Assembly (NCBI GenBank): GCA_964386565.1
Contig: CAYLRU010000009.1
Span: 13,285 to 77,284, forward strand
Length of the DNA stretch: 64,000 nucleotides
Reading direction: 5' to 3'
Source: an uncultured Desulfobacteraceae bacterium
GTDB taxonomy: Bacteria > Desulfobacterota > Desulfobacteria > Desulfobacterales > UBA5616
This document shows positions 30,487 through 39,957 of the stretch, piece after piece (position 1 is the stretch's first letter; every line of letters starts with the position of its first letter). The position numbers and the translations under genes are program-made. Below the pieces are notes generated by a model. It was given only the letters and a program-made list of their open reading frames with translations, was not told where the DNA came from and did not search any database.

Positions 30487-31362
30487 ATGACCTTTCTCAT
30501 TGGCGAAGACAATTTGAATGTAAAAGATAACCGCCAATCCGAAAAAAAGGTGAACAACGCCAAGAAAGTATTTGTTCAAATATACGAAATACAGACGCCG
30601 AAAGAAGCTGAAATCATGATTGAACTCGGGGTTGATCGTATCGGAAGCGTCGTATTGACCGTCAATGAATGGAAGAATACAACCCTGCGGGAAACCATCC
30701 GGTTAAGAGAAAATACGGCGGTTAAAAGCAGCCTGATTCCCCTTTTCAGTGATCCGGACATGGTTTTTCGAACGGCGGATTATTATGCCCCGGATATCAT
30801 GCATTTTTGTGAATCCCTTATTGATGAAAAAAAGGGGAAGAGGGGAAAAATATCCGGCGATATCGGTCGGTTTATAGATCTCCAGGAAGGCTTTAAAAAA
30901 AGATTTCCGGAAATTAAAATCATGCGCTCCATTCCGGTTGCCCGGACTGGAAAGGCCCAAAACGTACCAAGCCTTGAAATCGCCGGGATATTCAAACCCC
31001 TTAGTGACTATTTTTTGATCGACACCGTTCTCTTACCAGACGATGAAAATGGTGTTTCAAGTCAGCCTGGGTCGGGATTCGTGGGCATCACCGGAAAAGA
31101 ATGTGACTGGGAAATGGCGGGTGAATTGGTAAAAGAAAGCGCTTTGCCCGTCATTTTGGCGGGCGGAATTTCACCGGATAATGTATATGACGGAATTTTA
31201 AGCGTATTGCCCGCCGGTATCGACAGTTGTACAAACACAAATGCCGTCGATGAAACGGGGAAGGCGATTCGGTTTAAAAAAGACCCGGACAAAGTTAAAA
31301 AACTGATTTCAGCTGTTCGCCGTGCTGAAAAAGAGATCCGGACTTTTCAGACAATCCGGTGA
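30487..31362 (+). CDS. TrpF-like (phosphoribosylanthranilate isomerase family) TIM-barrel protein with extensions
   Basis: QIYEIQTPKEAEIMIELGVDRIG resembles the TrpF N-terminus. VILAGGISPDNV...AGIDSCTNTNAVDETGK...KDPDKVKKLI resembles the TrpF C-terminus. At 291 aa it is longer than typical TrpF. Confidence 0.5.
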   Translation: MTFLIGEDNLNVKDNRQSEKKVNNAKKVFVQIYEIQTPKEAEIMIELGVDRIGSVVLTVNEWKNTTLRETIRLRENTAVKSSLIPLFSDPDMVFRTADYYAPDIMHFCESLIDEKKGKRGKISGDIGRFIDLQEGFKKRFPEIKIMRSIPVARTGKAQNVPSLEIAGIFKPLSDYFLIDTVLLPDDENGVSSQPGSGFVGITGKECDWEMAGELVKESALPVILAGGISPDNVYDGILSVLPAGIDSCTNTNAVDETGKAIRFKKDPDKVKKLISAVRRAEKEIRTFQTIR

Positions 31363-31408
31363 ATTGGTACACAAATAAAAAACCATTTTAGGAAGGAACC
31401 ATAGTGTC

Positions 31409-31975
31409 ATGTATGAAAGCAGTGATTTGAGAAAGGGTTTAAAATTTGAAATGGACGGAGAACCCTATATCATTACCCAGTTTGATTTTGTTAAACCGGG
31501 AAAAGGCCAGGCCTTGTATAAGTGCAGGTTGAAAAACATGCTGACCGGTGCACAATTTGATCGGACATTCCGTTCCGGCGACAAGTTTAATGAGGCCAAT
31601 CTTGAAGAAGTCGAAATGGAATTTCTGTATTTTGACGGAGAAAACTACTGTTTCATGAACACGTCTACATATGAACAGGACCTGGTGACGCCCGATCAAG
31701 TCGGAGAGGCCAAGGGATTCATAAAGGAAAACACCGTCTGCACCGTACTTCTTTTCGAAGGTCGGCCCATCGAGATCACATTGCCCAACTTTGTCGATCT
31801 TAAAATCAAGAAGGCCGATCCCTGGGTAAAAGGCGATACAGCATCCGGTGATACAAAGCCGGCGACCCTGGAAACCGGCGTCGTCATCCAGGTTCCCCCC
31901 TTTATTGAAGAGGGTGAGGTGATCCGAATCGATACGAGAACCGGCATGTATGTTGAACGTGTGAAATCAGAATAA
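31409..31975 (+). CDS. efp: Elongation factor P
   Basis: 188 aa with the conserved loop VKPGKGQA. Confidence 0.95.
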   Translation: MYESSDLRKGLKFEMDGEPYIITQFDFVKPGKGQALYKCRLKNMLTGAQFDRTFRSGDKFNEANLEEVEMEFLYFDGENYCFMNTSTYEQDLVTPDQVGEAKGFIKENTVCTVLLFEGRPIEITLPNFVDLKIKKADPWVKGDTASGDTKPATLETGVVIQVPPFIEEGEVIRIDTRTGMYVERVKSE

Positions 31976-32084
31976 ATATAATATTAAATCGGTTTGTTAT
32001 ACGATTTATTGAATGTTTTGCTTTATATAGTAATATGTATCCAATTCATATTTTTGAAAATCCGACTTTTATCAGGTGCATTTC

Positions 32085-33419
32085 ATGCGTCTTTGTGATG
32101 AATTGAAAAAAAATGTTTGTGACGCCATCGATGGGGCTGCCGAAGAAATCATGGAGATCGGGGACACCATCTTGAAACGCCCTGAAATGGGGTTTAAGGA
32201 GGTTCAGACGGCCGCCCTGGTTTCGCAGGTCATGGATCATTACGGTATTGCACATCGCACCGGGTTGGCCATAACCGGTGTGAGGGGTGAATTAAAGGGT
32301 AACAGGCCCGGGCCCTCATTGGGTCTGTTGGGTGAACTTGACGCACTCCGGGTTGATGAACACCCCATGGCGGACGCAGAAACCGGTGCAGCCCATGCTT
32401 GCGGTCATAACGGACAAATCGCCGCCCTGTTGGGTGCCATGATCGGTTTAAAGTCAATTCATATTGAGGATGATATATCCGGGAACCTGATTTTTTTTGC
32501 CGTACCTGCCGAAGAGTGTGTTGAAATTGAATACCGGATGGACCTTGTAAACAGCGGCAGGATCGGATTTCTGGCCGGTAAACAAGAACTGATCCGACTG
32601 GGATTTTTCAATGATATGGATATGGCCATGATGATTCACGGTCACAACAGAACCAATTCCGGGAAAGTTATCATGGGAAAATCATCAAACGGCTGTGTTG
32701 TAAAGCGTATTCGGTTTCTTGGAAAGTCCGCTCATGCCGGCAGCTCGCCCCATAAAGGAATTAACGCTTTAAATGCCGCTCAAATCGCCCTTGCAGCCAT
32801 ACATGCCCAACGGGAAACCTTCCAGGATCGTGATACGATACGGGTGCATCCCATTATTACCAAAGGGGGGAACTTGGTGAATGTGGTTCCCGCTGAAGTC
32901 TGCCTGGAAACTTTTGTCAGGGGACGGACGAATAATGCAATAGCAGATGCCGAGAAAAAAGTGGACCGGGCATTGAAAGCCGGTGCGGTTGCAGTGGGAG
33001 CTGAAGTCGAAATCCAGACGATCCCGGGGTATATGCCCCTAATTAACGATCCTGGCATGGCGGAAGTCTTCAAAAGCAATGCAATTGCCATTTTGGGGGA
33101 AGAGGAATACGTTGAAGGCGGTCATGGCACCGGATCTACCGATATGGGGGATGTTTCTCACCTGATGCCTGCTCTGCATCCCAACATCGGCGGGATTGCC
33201 GGTACGGGTCATGGTGCGGATTATGAAATTGTCGACAAGGATCTATTTTATGTGACATCCGCCAAACTCTTGGCCATGACGGCGATTGATCTGCTCTCCG
33301 GTCATGCTGAAACAGCACGGGATATTATTGAAAAATTTAAACCGGAAATGACGTTGGATGAATACCTGGCCTATCAGAAACGCGTATTCAGAATCCAGGT
33401 TTTTGACGGGAATATTTAG
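32085..33419 (+). CDS. M20-family amidohydrolase / peptidase M20D
   Basis: Metal-site motif AHACGHNGQIA. The ATG at 32085 has AGGTG 6 nt upstream; the ORF-track GTG at 32076 is also possible. Confidence 0.85.
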   Translation: MRLCDELKKNVCDAIDGAAEEIMEIGDTILKRPEMGFKEVQTAALVSQVMDHYGIAHRTGLAITGVRGELKGNRPGPSLGLLGELDALRVDEHPMADAETGAAHACGHNGQIAALLGAMIGLKSIHIEDDISGNLIFFAVPAEECVEIEYRMDLVNSGRIGFLAGKQELIRLGFFNDMDMAMMIHGHNRTNSGKVIMGKSSNGCVVKRIRFLGKSAHAGSSPHKGINALNAAQIALAAIHAQRETFQDRDTIRVHPIITKGGNLVNVVPAEVCLETFVRGRTNNAIADAEKKVDRALKAGAVAVGAEVEIQTIPGYMPLINDPGMAEVFKSNAIAILGEEEYVEGGHGTGSTDMGDVSHLMPALHPNIGGIAGTGHGADYEIVDKDLFYVTSAKLLAMTAIDLLSGHAETARDIIEKFKPEMTLDEYLAYQKRVFRIQVFDGNI

Positions 33420-33429
33420 GAATGGATTG

Positions 33430-34710
33430 TCACGGTAAAGCCGCATCATCGCCCGTGGCGTCATTTTTCGCCGGTTCAATTTTTTTAACGGTGTATTTAT
33501 TGATTCGGTTGCCTTCCTTTTCCAGTACGGTAATCTGATAGGAGCCGATGGTTATCTGATCCTTTTCATTTGGAATTCTGTCGATAAAATCCAGGATGTA
33601 GCCTGAGAACGTATCATAGCGTTCGGAATCGGGAATATTCATTTTTAAAACATCGTTTACATCGTCGATTTCCGTTTTCCCGAGTACAATCCATTCGTTT
33701 TCGGTTATGGCTTGAATCAGCGGTTCGTCTCTGTCGGTTTCATCGACAATTTCACCCACCAGTTCTTCTATGGCATCTTCAAGCGTAACGAGTCCGGAAA
33801 CACCGCCGTGTTCATCTACAACGATGGCGATATGATTCTTTCTTCTTTTGAACTGTTGAAGCAGTGTATCAAGCTTCTTGTTTTCAGGGACGAAATAGGG
33901 CGGTTTCATGATATTCCGGATATCGATATTTTCACCCGAGGCAATGTAATGCAAAAACAGATCTTTGACATTCAGGATACCCACAACATGATCGATATCC
34001 CCATCAATAACGGGAATCCGGGTAAATCCTGATTCCAGAATCGCTTCCAGATCCGGTTTTTGATTCATCTGGATGACAAACATGTCCGCCCGCGGGGTCA
34101 TGATTTCAGACGCCATCGTATCATCCAGTTCAAAAATATTATGAATTAATTCAACCTCTTCTTCTTTTATCTCACCTTCCTCCTCCACCACTTCGACAAA
34201 CGTCATGAGTTCTTCCTCCGTTGCAGCGGGGGTTTTTTTTATTTTTCCGGTGAGTTTGGGAATGAAATTCAACATGATGATGGCGGGCCGAAAAAAAATG
34301 GATGTCCAGTAAATGGGGTATATCAGGAGTCTCGAAATCAGAATGTTGTTGCGCGTTGCGATGGATTTCGGGATAACTTCTCCGAATATCAGGATGAGCA
34401 ACGTCATGATGCCGGTGGCCACTCCCACTCCATAATTGGGGAACAGGTTGATGGTAATGGATGTCGCAAAGGCCGAAGCGCCGACATTTACGATATTGCT
34501 TCCGATTAAAATAGTGGTCAGCAGGTTATGCGGATCCTGTTTCATATGCTGAATCAGCTTGTGGGTTTTTGATTCGGATTTGGCCAGATGCCGGGCTTTT
34601 GTTTTGCTGAGGGAAAACAGGGCGGTTTCAGCGGATGAGAAAAGAGCCGACATAATAAGTAATAAAATCAATATAATAACCTGATTGGTCAACATGCGCA
34701 GCCCCTGCAT
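33430..34710 (-). CDS. CNNM/CorC-type transporter-associated protein (DUF21 TM domain, CBS pair, CorC_HlyC domain)
   Basis: N-terminal hydrophobic DUF21-like region, a central CBS-like pair and a CorC_HlyC-like C-terminus. An alternative start is M6 at 34695. Confidence 0.85.
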   Translation of the reverse strand: MQGLRMLTNQVIILILLLIMSALFSSAETALFSLSKTKARHLAKSESKTHKLIQHMKQDPHNLLTTILIGSNIVNVGASAFATSITINLFPNYGVGVATGIMTLLILIFGEVIPKSIATRNNILISRLLIYPIYWTSIFFRPAIIMLNFIPKLTGKIKKTPAATEEELMTFVEVVEEEGEIKEEEVELIHNIFELDDTMASEIMTPRADMFVIQMNQKPDLEAILESGFTRIPVIDGDIDHVVGILNVKDLFLHYIASGENIDIRNIMKPPYFVPENKKLDTLLQQFKRRKNHIAIVVDEHGGVSGLVTLEDAIEELVGEIVDETDRDEPLIQAITENEWIVLGKTEIDDVNDVLKMNIPDSERYDTFSGYILDFIDRIPNEKDQITIGSYQITVLEKEGNRINKYTVKKIEPAKNDATGDDAALP

Positions 34711-35075
34711 GGAATCAGTTGAATGAAATTTCTGGTATTTTCCGATTTATGTGATAAATAAAAGAGGGGAGAAAAAAACGCAGTAACGCGATAAAACGCC
34801 GAACACCGTTGGAAAACGGCCTTTGATAATCCCGACGTATGAAAACGGGTGTTTGAAAAGGCATTAAATCTGTTAAATAAGAGCGGGTCTTCCAATATTA
34901 GCAAGTCTTTCCGGTATTAAATCGGTGTATTGATAAAAATACCTTTAATTCTTTTTTGTATATATTACTTTTTAACAATTTTAAAGTATTTTCACAACAA
35001 ATTAAATCATTTGATCCGGATATATCGATCAGCCGCTTCAACCGGCAGATGGTTTTTCCGGTCATATGTATGTGA

Positions 35076-38000
35076 ATGAATAAACAGGCATCCGATATCA
35101 ATGAATATATACAATCCTTGAAAACATCAAGGCGCATGAAGGACCAGGTCGCTTTTCACCGGATTCTGCCGGATTCGCCGCCTGTGTGGGAGATGCTTGA
35201 CACATCATGGCCGAAGGAAATTCTCCATGCCCTGCAGGCAATGGGAATCGACCGTCTTTATGACCACCAGGCAAGAGCCTTGGAACTCATCAGAAACGGC
35301 AGCCATACGGTTGTGTCAACACCGACGGCCAGCGGTAAAACACTGATATATAATTTGCCGGTGCTCGAAAATATTTTGACGGAGCCCTCATCAAAAGCGT
35401 TGTATATTTTTCCGTTAAAGGCCCTGGCCCAGGATCAACTGCAGGCGTTCAACGCGATTTCCGGAAAAATTCAACATGAAAAGCCCACAGCGGCGATTTA
35501 TGACGGAGATACGTCAGCATGGCATCGGAAAAAAATACGCGAGAATCCGCCCCATGTAATTATTACCAATCCTGAAATGCTTCATTTATCATTTCTTCCC
35601 CACCACCGGAAATGGGAGGCTTTGTTTTCAGGCTTGAAAACCATTGTTGTGGATGAAGTCCATACCTATCGAGGCGTTATGGGATCGCACATGGCCCAGG
35701 TCTTTCGCAGGCTCAAACGCATATGTACATATTACGGCGTATCGCCGACCTTTGTTTTCTGTTCCGCCACAATATCCAACCCGTCACAACTGGCGCAACA
35801 GCTTACCGGACTTGAGGTCTGCGGCATAACCAAAAGCGGTGCCCCACAGGGAAAACGGCACGTGCTTTTCATAGATCCGATGGAAGGATCTTCCCGGGTT
35901 ACCATCGCCTTATTAAAGGCCGCCCTTCATAGAAAACTGAGAACCATCGTTTATACCCGGTCCAGAAAGATGACGGAATTGCTTGCCATGTGGTCCCGTA
36001 ACAGTTCCGGAGAATATGAAAACCGTATCAGTGCCTACAGGGCGGGATTTTTACCTGAAGAAAGAAGGTCCATCGAGGCCAGATTGGCTGGTGGAGAGCT
36101 TCTGGCCGTTGTTTCAACCAGCGCACTTGAGCTGGGTATCGATATCGGGGATTTGGATCTGTGCCTGCTGGTCGGTTATCCCGGAACAGTGATTTCCACA
36201 CTTCAACGGGGGGGACGGGTGGGAAGAAGCGGACAGGATTCGGCGTTGATTCTCATTGCCGGGGAAGATGCCTTGGATCAGTATTTTATGCGTCATCCAG
36301 AAGACCTGATCGCTCGTGAACCCGAATCCGCGGTAATAAATCCATATAACCGGAATATTGTTTACAGACATTTGATTTGTGCGGCAGCCGAGCTGACGCT
36401 GCAGGATGGTGAGCCTTATCTCGCTGAAACACCCATCCGGGAAGTCCTGGCGGAATCGGAGGAAAAGGGAGACTTGTTGAAAGGAGCATCCGGTGCTGAA
36501 TGGTTTTCCAATCGAAAAATGCCCCATCGTGAAGTGGACCTGCGCGGTTCCGGAAGCCAATATGCTATTGTGGATTCAAAGACCGGTATGATTATCGGTG
36601 AAATAGACGCCTTTCGGGCTTTTAAGGAAACCCATCCCGGTGCTGTATATTTGCACATGGGAGAAACCTATCTTATCGAAACCCTGGATATCGGAACATG
36701 CACGGCAAAGGCTTCACCTGCTAAACTACGCTACTATACACGGGCGATGGCACAAAAGGAAACGGAAATTCTCGAGATTTACGACCAAACATCATTTTCA
36801 GCGATCACCGCGTATTCCGGCAGGCTCAAGGTTACGGAACAGGTTTACGCATATGATAAATGGGCTATATATGCAAAAAAGAGATTAGACCGGATTTCAT
36901 TGGACTTGCCGCCGTTGATATTCGAAACCGACGGACTCTGGTTTAATATTCCGGATTTCATCCAAAAGGCAGCGGAAGCGGAATATTTACATTTCATGGG
37001 AGGCATACATGCCATCGAACATGCAGCTATCAGCATGTTTCCCCTTTTGGTCCTCACGGACAGGAACGATCTCGGCGGTATATCGACGACCTACCATCCC
37101 CAGGTCGGCGGACCTGCTGTTTTTATTTATGACGGAGTGGCCGGAGGCGCCGGATTAACCCTCCAGGCCTTTCAAAAAATCGGAGATCTGTTGGGTTATA
37201 CGCGAAAAGTGATCCGGGACTGTCCCTGTGAAACAGGATGCCCCTCCTGTGTTCATTCCCCCAAATGCGGATCCGGGAACCGGCCTATTGATAAACGGGC
37301 GGCCTTGTTTATTCTGGAACAAATGCTGTCGGGAACGGGTAAAACCACCCATGTGGAAACAACCGGTCTGCCAACACCTCATCCATCGGTGGAGTGGTCC
37401 TTTAAAAAAAATCTCAAACCCGCTGCTTCACGAAAACGATCACCCAAACATATCAGAACCGTGAGAAAGAAAGTCGTCTCAGCAGAAAGGGTTATAATAC
37501 CGAAATCCGTTGAACGGACGAATGCCAACCTTTATTTCGGCGTACTGGATATTGAGACGCAGCGATCCGCCGGTGAGGTGGGGGGATGGCACCGTGCGGA
37601 CAGAATGGGGGTCAGTTGTGCAGTACTGTATGATTCTAAAACGGATGAATTTATAGAATTTTTAGATGATCGGATCGACGATCTGGTTCGGTATCTGCAA
37701 CAGGTGGATCTCGTAGTGGGATTTAATATCAAGCGTTTTGACTATCGGGTGCTTTCCGGGTATACAAATTTTGATTTCAGCGGTATCAAAACGCTTGATA
37801 TTTTAGAAGATGTCCACAAGTATCTGGGATATCGGCTTTCCCTGGACCACTTATCGAACGTAACGCTGGGGGCCAGAAAAACAGCCGACGGCCTGGTGGC
37901 CCTGAAATGGTGGAAAGAAGGAAAACTCCGGGAAATTATCGATTATTGCCGTGCCGACGTACAGATTACCCGGGACCTTTTTCAATTCGGCCGGGAAAAC

Positions 38001-38090
38001 GGTTATCTGCTGTTCACCAACAAGGCGGGCAGCAAGGTTAGAATCCCCGTCAATTGGCAGGCATACGGGAGTATGGGGGCAGTTATATAG
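35076..38090 (+). CDS. MrfA/YprA-type DEAD/DEAH helicase with a DUF1998 zinc module, fused to a C-terminal DEDD (RNase H-fold, YprB/MrfB-like) exonuclease domain
   Basis: Motif I TPTASGKT (35319-35342). Motif II DEVH (35652-35663). Four-Cys module CPCETGCPSCVHSPKC (37221-37268). Exonuclease motifs DIET (37548-37559), NIKRFD (37725-37742) and YCRAD (37944-37958). Confidence 0.88.
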   Translation: MNKQASDINEYIQSLKTSRRMKDQVAFHRILPDSPPVWEMLDTSWPKEILHALQAMGIDRLYDHQARALELIRNGSHTVVSTPTASGKTLIYNLPVLENILTEPSSKALYIFPLKALAQDQLQAFNAISGKIQHEKPTAAIYDGDTSAWHRKKIRENPPHVIITNPEMLHLSFLPHHRKWEALFSGLKTIVVDEVHTYRGVMGSHMAQVFRRLKRICTYYGVSPTFVFCSATISNPSQLAQQLTGLEVCGITKSGAPQGKRHVLFIDPMEGSSRVTIALLKAALHRKLRTIVYTRSRKMTELLAMWSRNSSGEYENRISAYRAGFLPEERRSIEARLAGGELLAVVSTSALELGIDIGDLDLCLLVGYPGTVISTLQRGGRVGRSGQDSALILIAGEDALDQYFMRHPEDLIAREPESAVINPYNRNIVYRHLICAAAELTLQDGEPYLAETPIREVLAESEEKGDLLKGASGAEWFSNRKMPHREVDLRGSGSQYAIVDSKTGMIIGEIDAFRAFKETHPGAVYLHMGETYLIETLDIGTCTAKASPAKLRYYTRAMAQKETEILEIYDQTSFSAITAYSGRLKVTEQVYAYDKWAIYAKKRLDRISLDLPPLIFETDGLWFNIPDFIQKAAEAEYLHFMGGIHAIEHAAISMFPLLVLTDRNDLGGISTTYHPQVGGPAVFIYDGVAGGAGLTLQAFQKIGDLLGYTRKVIRDCPCETGCPSCVHSPKCGSGNRPIDKRAALFILEQMLSGTGKTTHVETTGLPTPHPSVEWSFKKNLKPAASRKRSPKHIRTVRKKVVSAERVIIPKSVERTNANLYFGVLDIETQRSAGEVGGWHRADRMGVSCAVLYDSKTDEFIEFLDDRIDDLVRYLQQVDLVVGFNIKRFDYRVLSGYTNFDFSGIKTLDILEDVHKYLGYRLSLDHLSNVTLGARKTADGLVALKWWKEGKLREIIDYCRADVQITRDLFQFGRENGYLLFTNKAGSKVRIPVNWQAYGSMGAVI

Positions 38091-39903
38091 AACAGGTATT
38101 GCTGAGTCTTTGGTCATAAAGTTTGCCGATCCCGTATTCGTCGCGGCGCATGAATTTTTCCCGTGACGGACCGATGATCTGCATTTCCGGATGATGCTTC
38201 TGGACATCCAGGGCGATACGCATCTCCTTGGTGCACCCGGTGCTGAAGGTTGCGTCTTTTCCAACCCATTCCGGAGGTATCTTTTTATTCATGAGTTTGA
38301 ATGACAACGCGATGTCTTCGTAAGTCTGGAACCGCCAAATATCAATATAACCGCTTCGCTGAACGATTTCCCACATATACATCAGATCATCCGCATCCAT
38401 GCCGGGTTCAAAATATTCAGACGGATTGATAATAAAGGTCATGGCATACTGGTCCTTCAGATATTTTACAAACGTGGACATGATCTGCTTGGCCATTTCA
38501 ATTTTTCCCGGAATAGAACCAATAATACCGCTGTAAAATACCACGGTCATATTCTCTTTTTTCGCGGCTTTCATCTTGTCGATGATGTTCTGTGCCTTGT
38601 TTTCCAGATCCCTGTAAGAGAATTTTTTTACGGACGGATGCATCGGCTTATAAGAAATCTCCGCAAGGCCCTGCGCGTTTGCCGAGATGTTATAGATGTC
38701 CTGGGTAAACTGGAAATGGGTTTCAAAAAACCGTCTTTTCTGATCCGGTCCCCGGGAAATCACAACATCGACTTCCTTGAAAATTCGCGCGAATGTAACG
38801 GATGCCAGAATCAGGTTGACGTTTTCCCGGGTGCCGTCTGAAATGGCCAGAATAGCGTGATCGCTTCGAATCAGGGATATCAATTGGTTTTTACTGAGGT
38901 TTTTCTCTTGAATCAAATAAATGTCTTCAACTTCTTGTTTGAGAAGATCATCTTCCTGGATATCCACAAAATCGACTTTTGTAAAAAGTGCGCCGTCTTT
39001 AAATGAGATGATGATTTTATGCCCCAGTTTTTCAAGATAACGGATAATGTACAGATCGATAAGAAACTCGCCGGATTCATCGGCAAGCCAGAGAATCTTT
39101 TTCGACCCCACGTCCCTATCCGGTTCATCATGTTGGGCCAAGCCGAAAAAATTGAAAAACCGGTCCACGCCGTTTCCGGACAATGGGCGCCCCAGTATTT
39201 TATTATAATCATCCTCAGTGTATCTCTCGGCCTCATCGGTCTCCCATATTTTTCGTTCAACGCACAGGGATACAAGCCTTTTTAATTCAATATAATCAGC
39301 CCGTATTTTCAGCTCCGAAAGGGTTTGCGGCATGCAATCGAAATCCTTTCGGATTACCCTGTTGATGGCTTTTTGAAATACCGGCGATGACAGCACCTGC
39401 CTGGCCCGCTGATTTCGAACGGTTTTTTCATTGATGTAAGGATCTTCGATTTGCGTTCGTTTCAGAAACATTCCCAGAAGCCGTTTTTCCACCCGGGACG
39501 GAATCATAATTTCGTCGCGGGTCTCGTGCTTGAATTTGATGATAATCAAGGATTCCAGAAAAGACTTTTCCCAGGGATCTTCGATTTTTTTGTCAATCAA
39601 ACCCAGGAGTTTCTGGAAGACCTCGTTATATTTTTTCTGCAAAAACGCAGATTTGTTGCGGTTCATGATGGCTTCGAACATTTTGTCAGAACAGGGATAA
39701 TATTGTTCCCGGCCCTCTGTATAGACCATGAACCGAATCTGTTCCGGTGTGCAGGCATGATCAGGATTCGTATAGTAATCCAAATGGTTTTCGATAAAAA
39801 AACCATTAAACCAGGCATCGATTTCAGGATTTTTACCCGGTTGATAAATCGATTTCGCCTGTTCCGGATCCATGCCTTCGAAATCATGTTCTTCATGAGT
39901 CAT
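38083..39903 (-). CDS. Large conserved hypothetical protein with a degenerate DUF89/ARMT1-like core and N- and C-terminal extensions
   Basis: SD AAGGAG lies 7 nt upstream of the ATG. IEDPYINEKTVRNQRA (aa 152-167), ILWLADESGEFLIDL (aa 270-284) and VVISRGPDQKRR (aa 380-391) parallel the DUF89 blocks DPYK..K..N, LADNAGE..D and KGQGNYE. The family assignment is tentative. Confidence 0.6.
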   Translation of the reverse strand: MTHEEHDFEGMDPEQAKSIYQPGKNPEIDAWFNGFFIENHLDYYTNPDHACTPEQIRFMVYTEGREQYYPCSDKMFEAIMNRNKSAFLQKKYNEVFQKLLGLIDKKIEDPWEKSFLESLIIIKFKHETRDEIMIPSRVEKRLLGMFLKRTQIEDPYINEKTVRNQRARQVLSSPVFQKAINRVIRKDFDCMPQTLSELKIRADYIELKRLVSLCVERKIWETDEAERYTEDDYNKILGRPLSGNGVDRFFNFFGLAQHDEPDRDVGSKKILWLADESGEFLIDLYIIRYLEKLGHKIIISFKDGALFTKVDFVDIQEDDLLKQEVEDIYLIQEKNLSKNQLISLIRSDHAILAISDGTRENVNLILASVTFARIFKEVDVVISRGPDQKRRFFETHFQFTQDIYNISANAQGLAEISYKPMHPSVKKFSYRDLENKAQNIIDKMKAAKKENMTVVFYSGIIGSIPGKIEMAKQIMSTFVKYLKDQYAMTFIINPSEYFEPGMDADDLMYMWEIVQRSGYIDIWRFQTYEDIALSFKLMNKKIPPEWVGKDATFSTGCTKEMRIALDVQKHHPEMQIIGPSREKFMRRDEYGIGKLYDQRLSNTCSI

Positions 39904-39957
39904 ATCTGTCTCCTTTTCCTTGGGCCAGACACAAAAAAATATGGAACCTGTTAAACC

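Noticed and set aside
34898-35137. A 79-aa minus-strand ORF in the AT-rich spacer upstream of the helicase. Similar spacer ORFs lie at 34689-34904, 19799-19999, 18454-18657 and 4254-4448.
   Set aside because: None has an SD. Their composition is AT-rich and biased, they overlap promoter regions or real gene starts, and no motifs are present.
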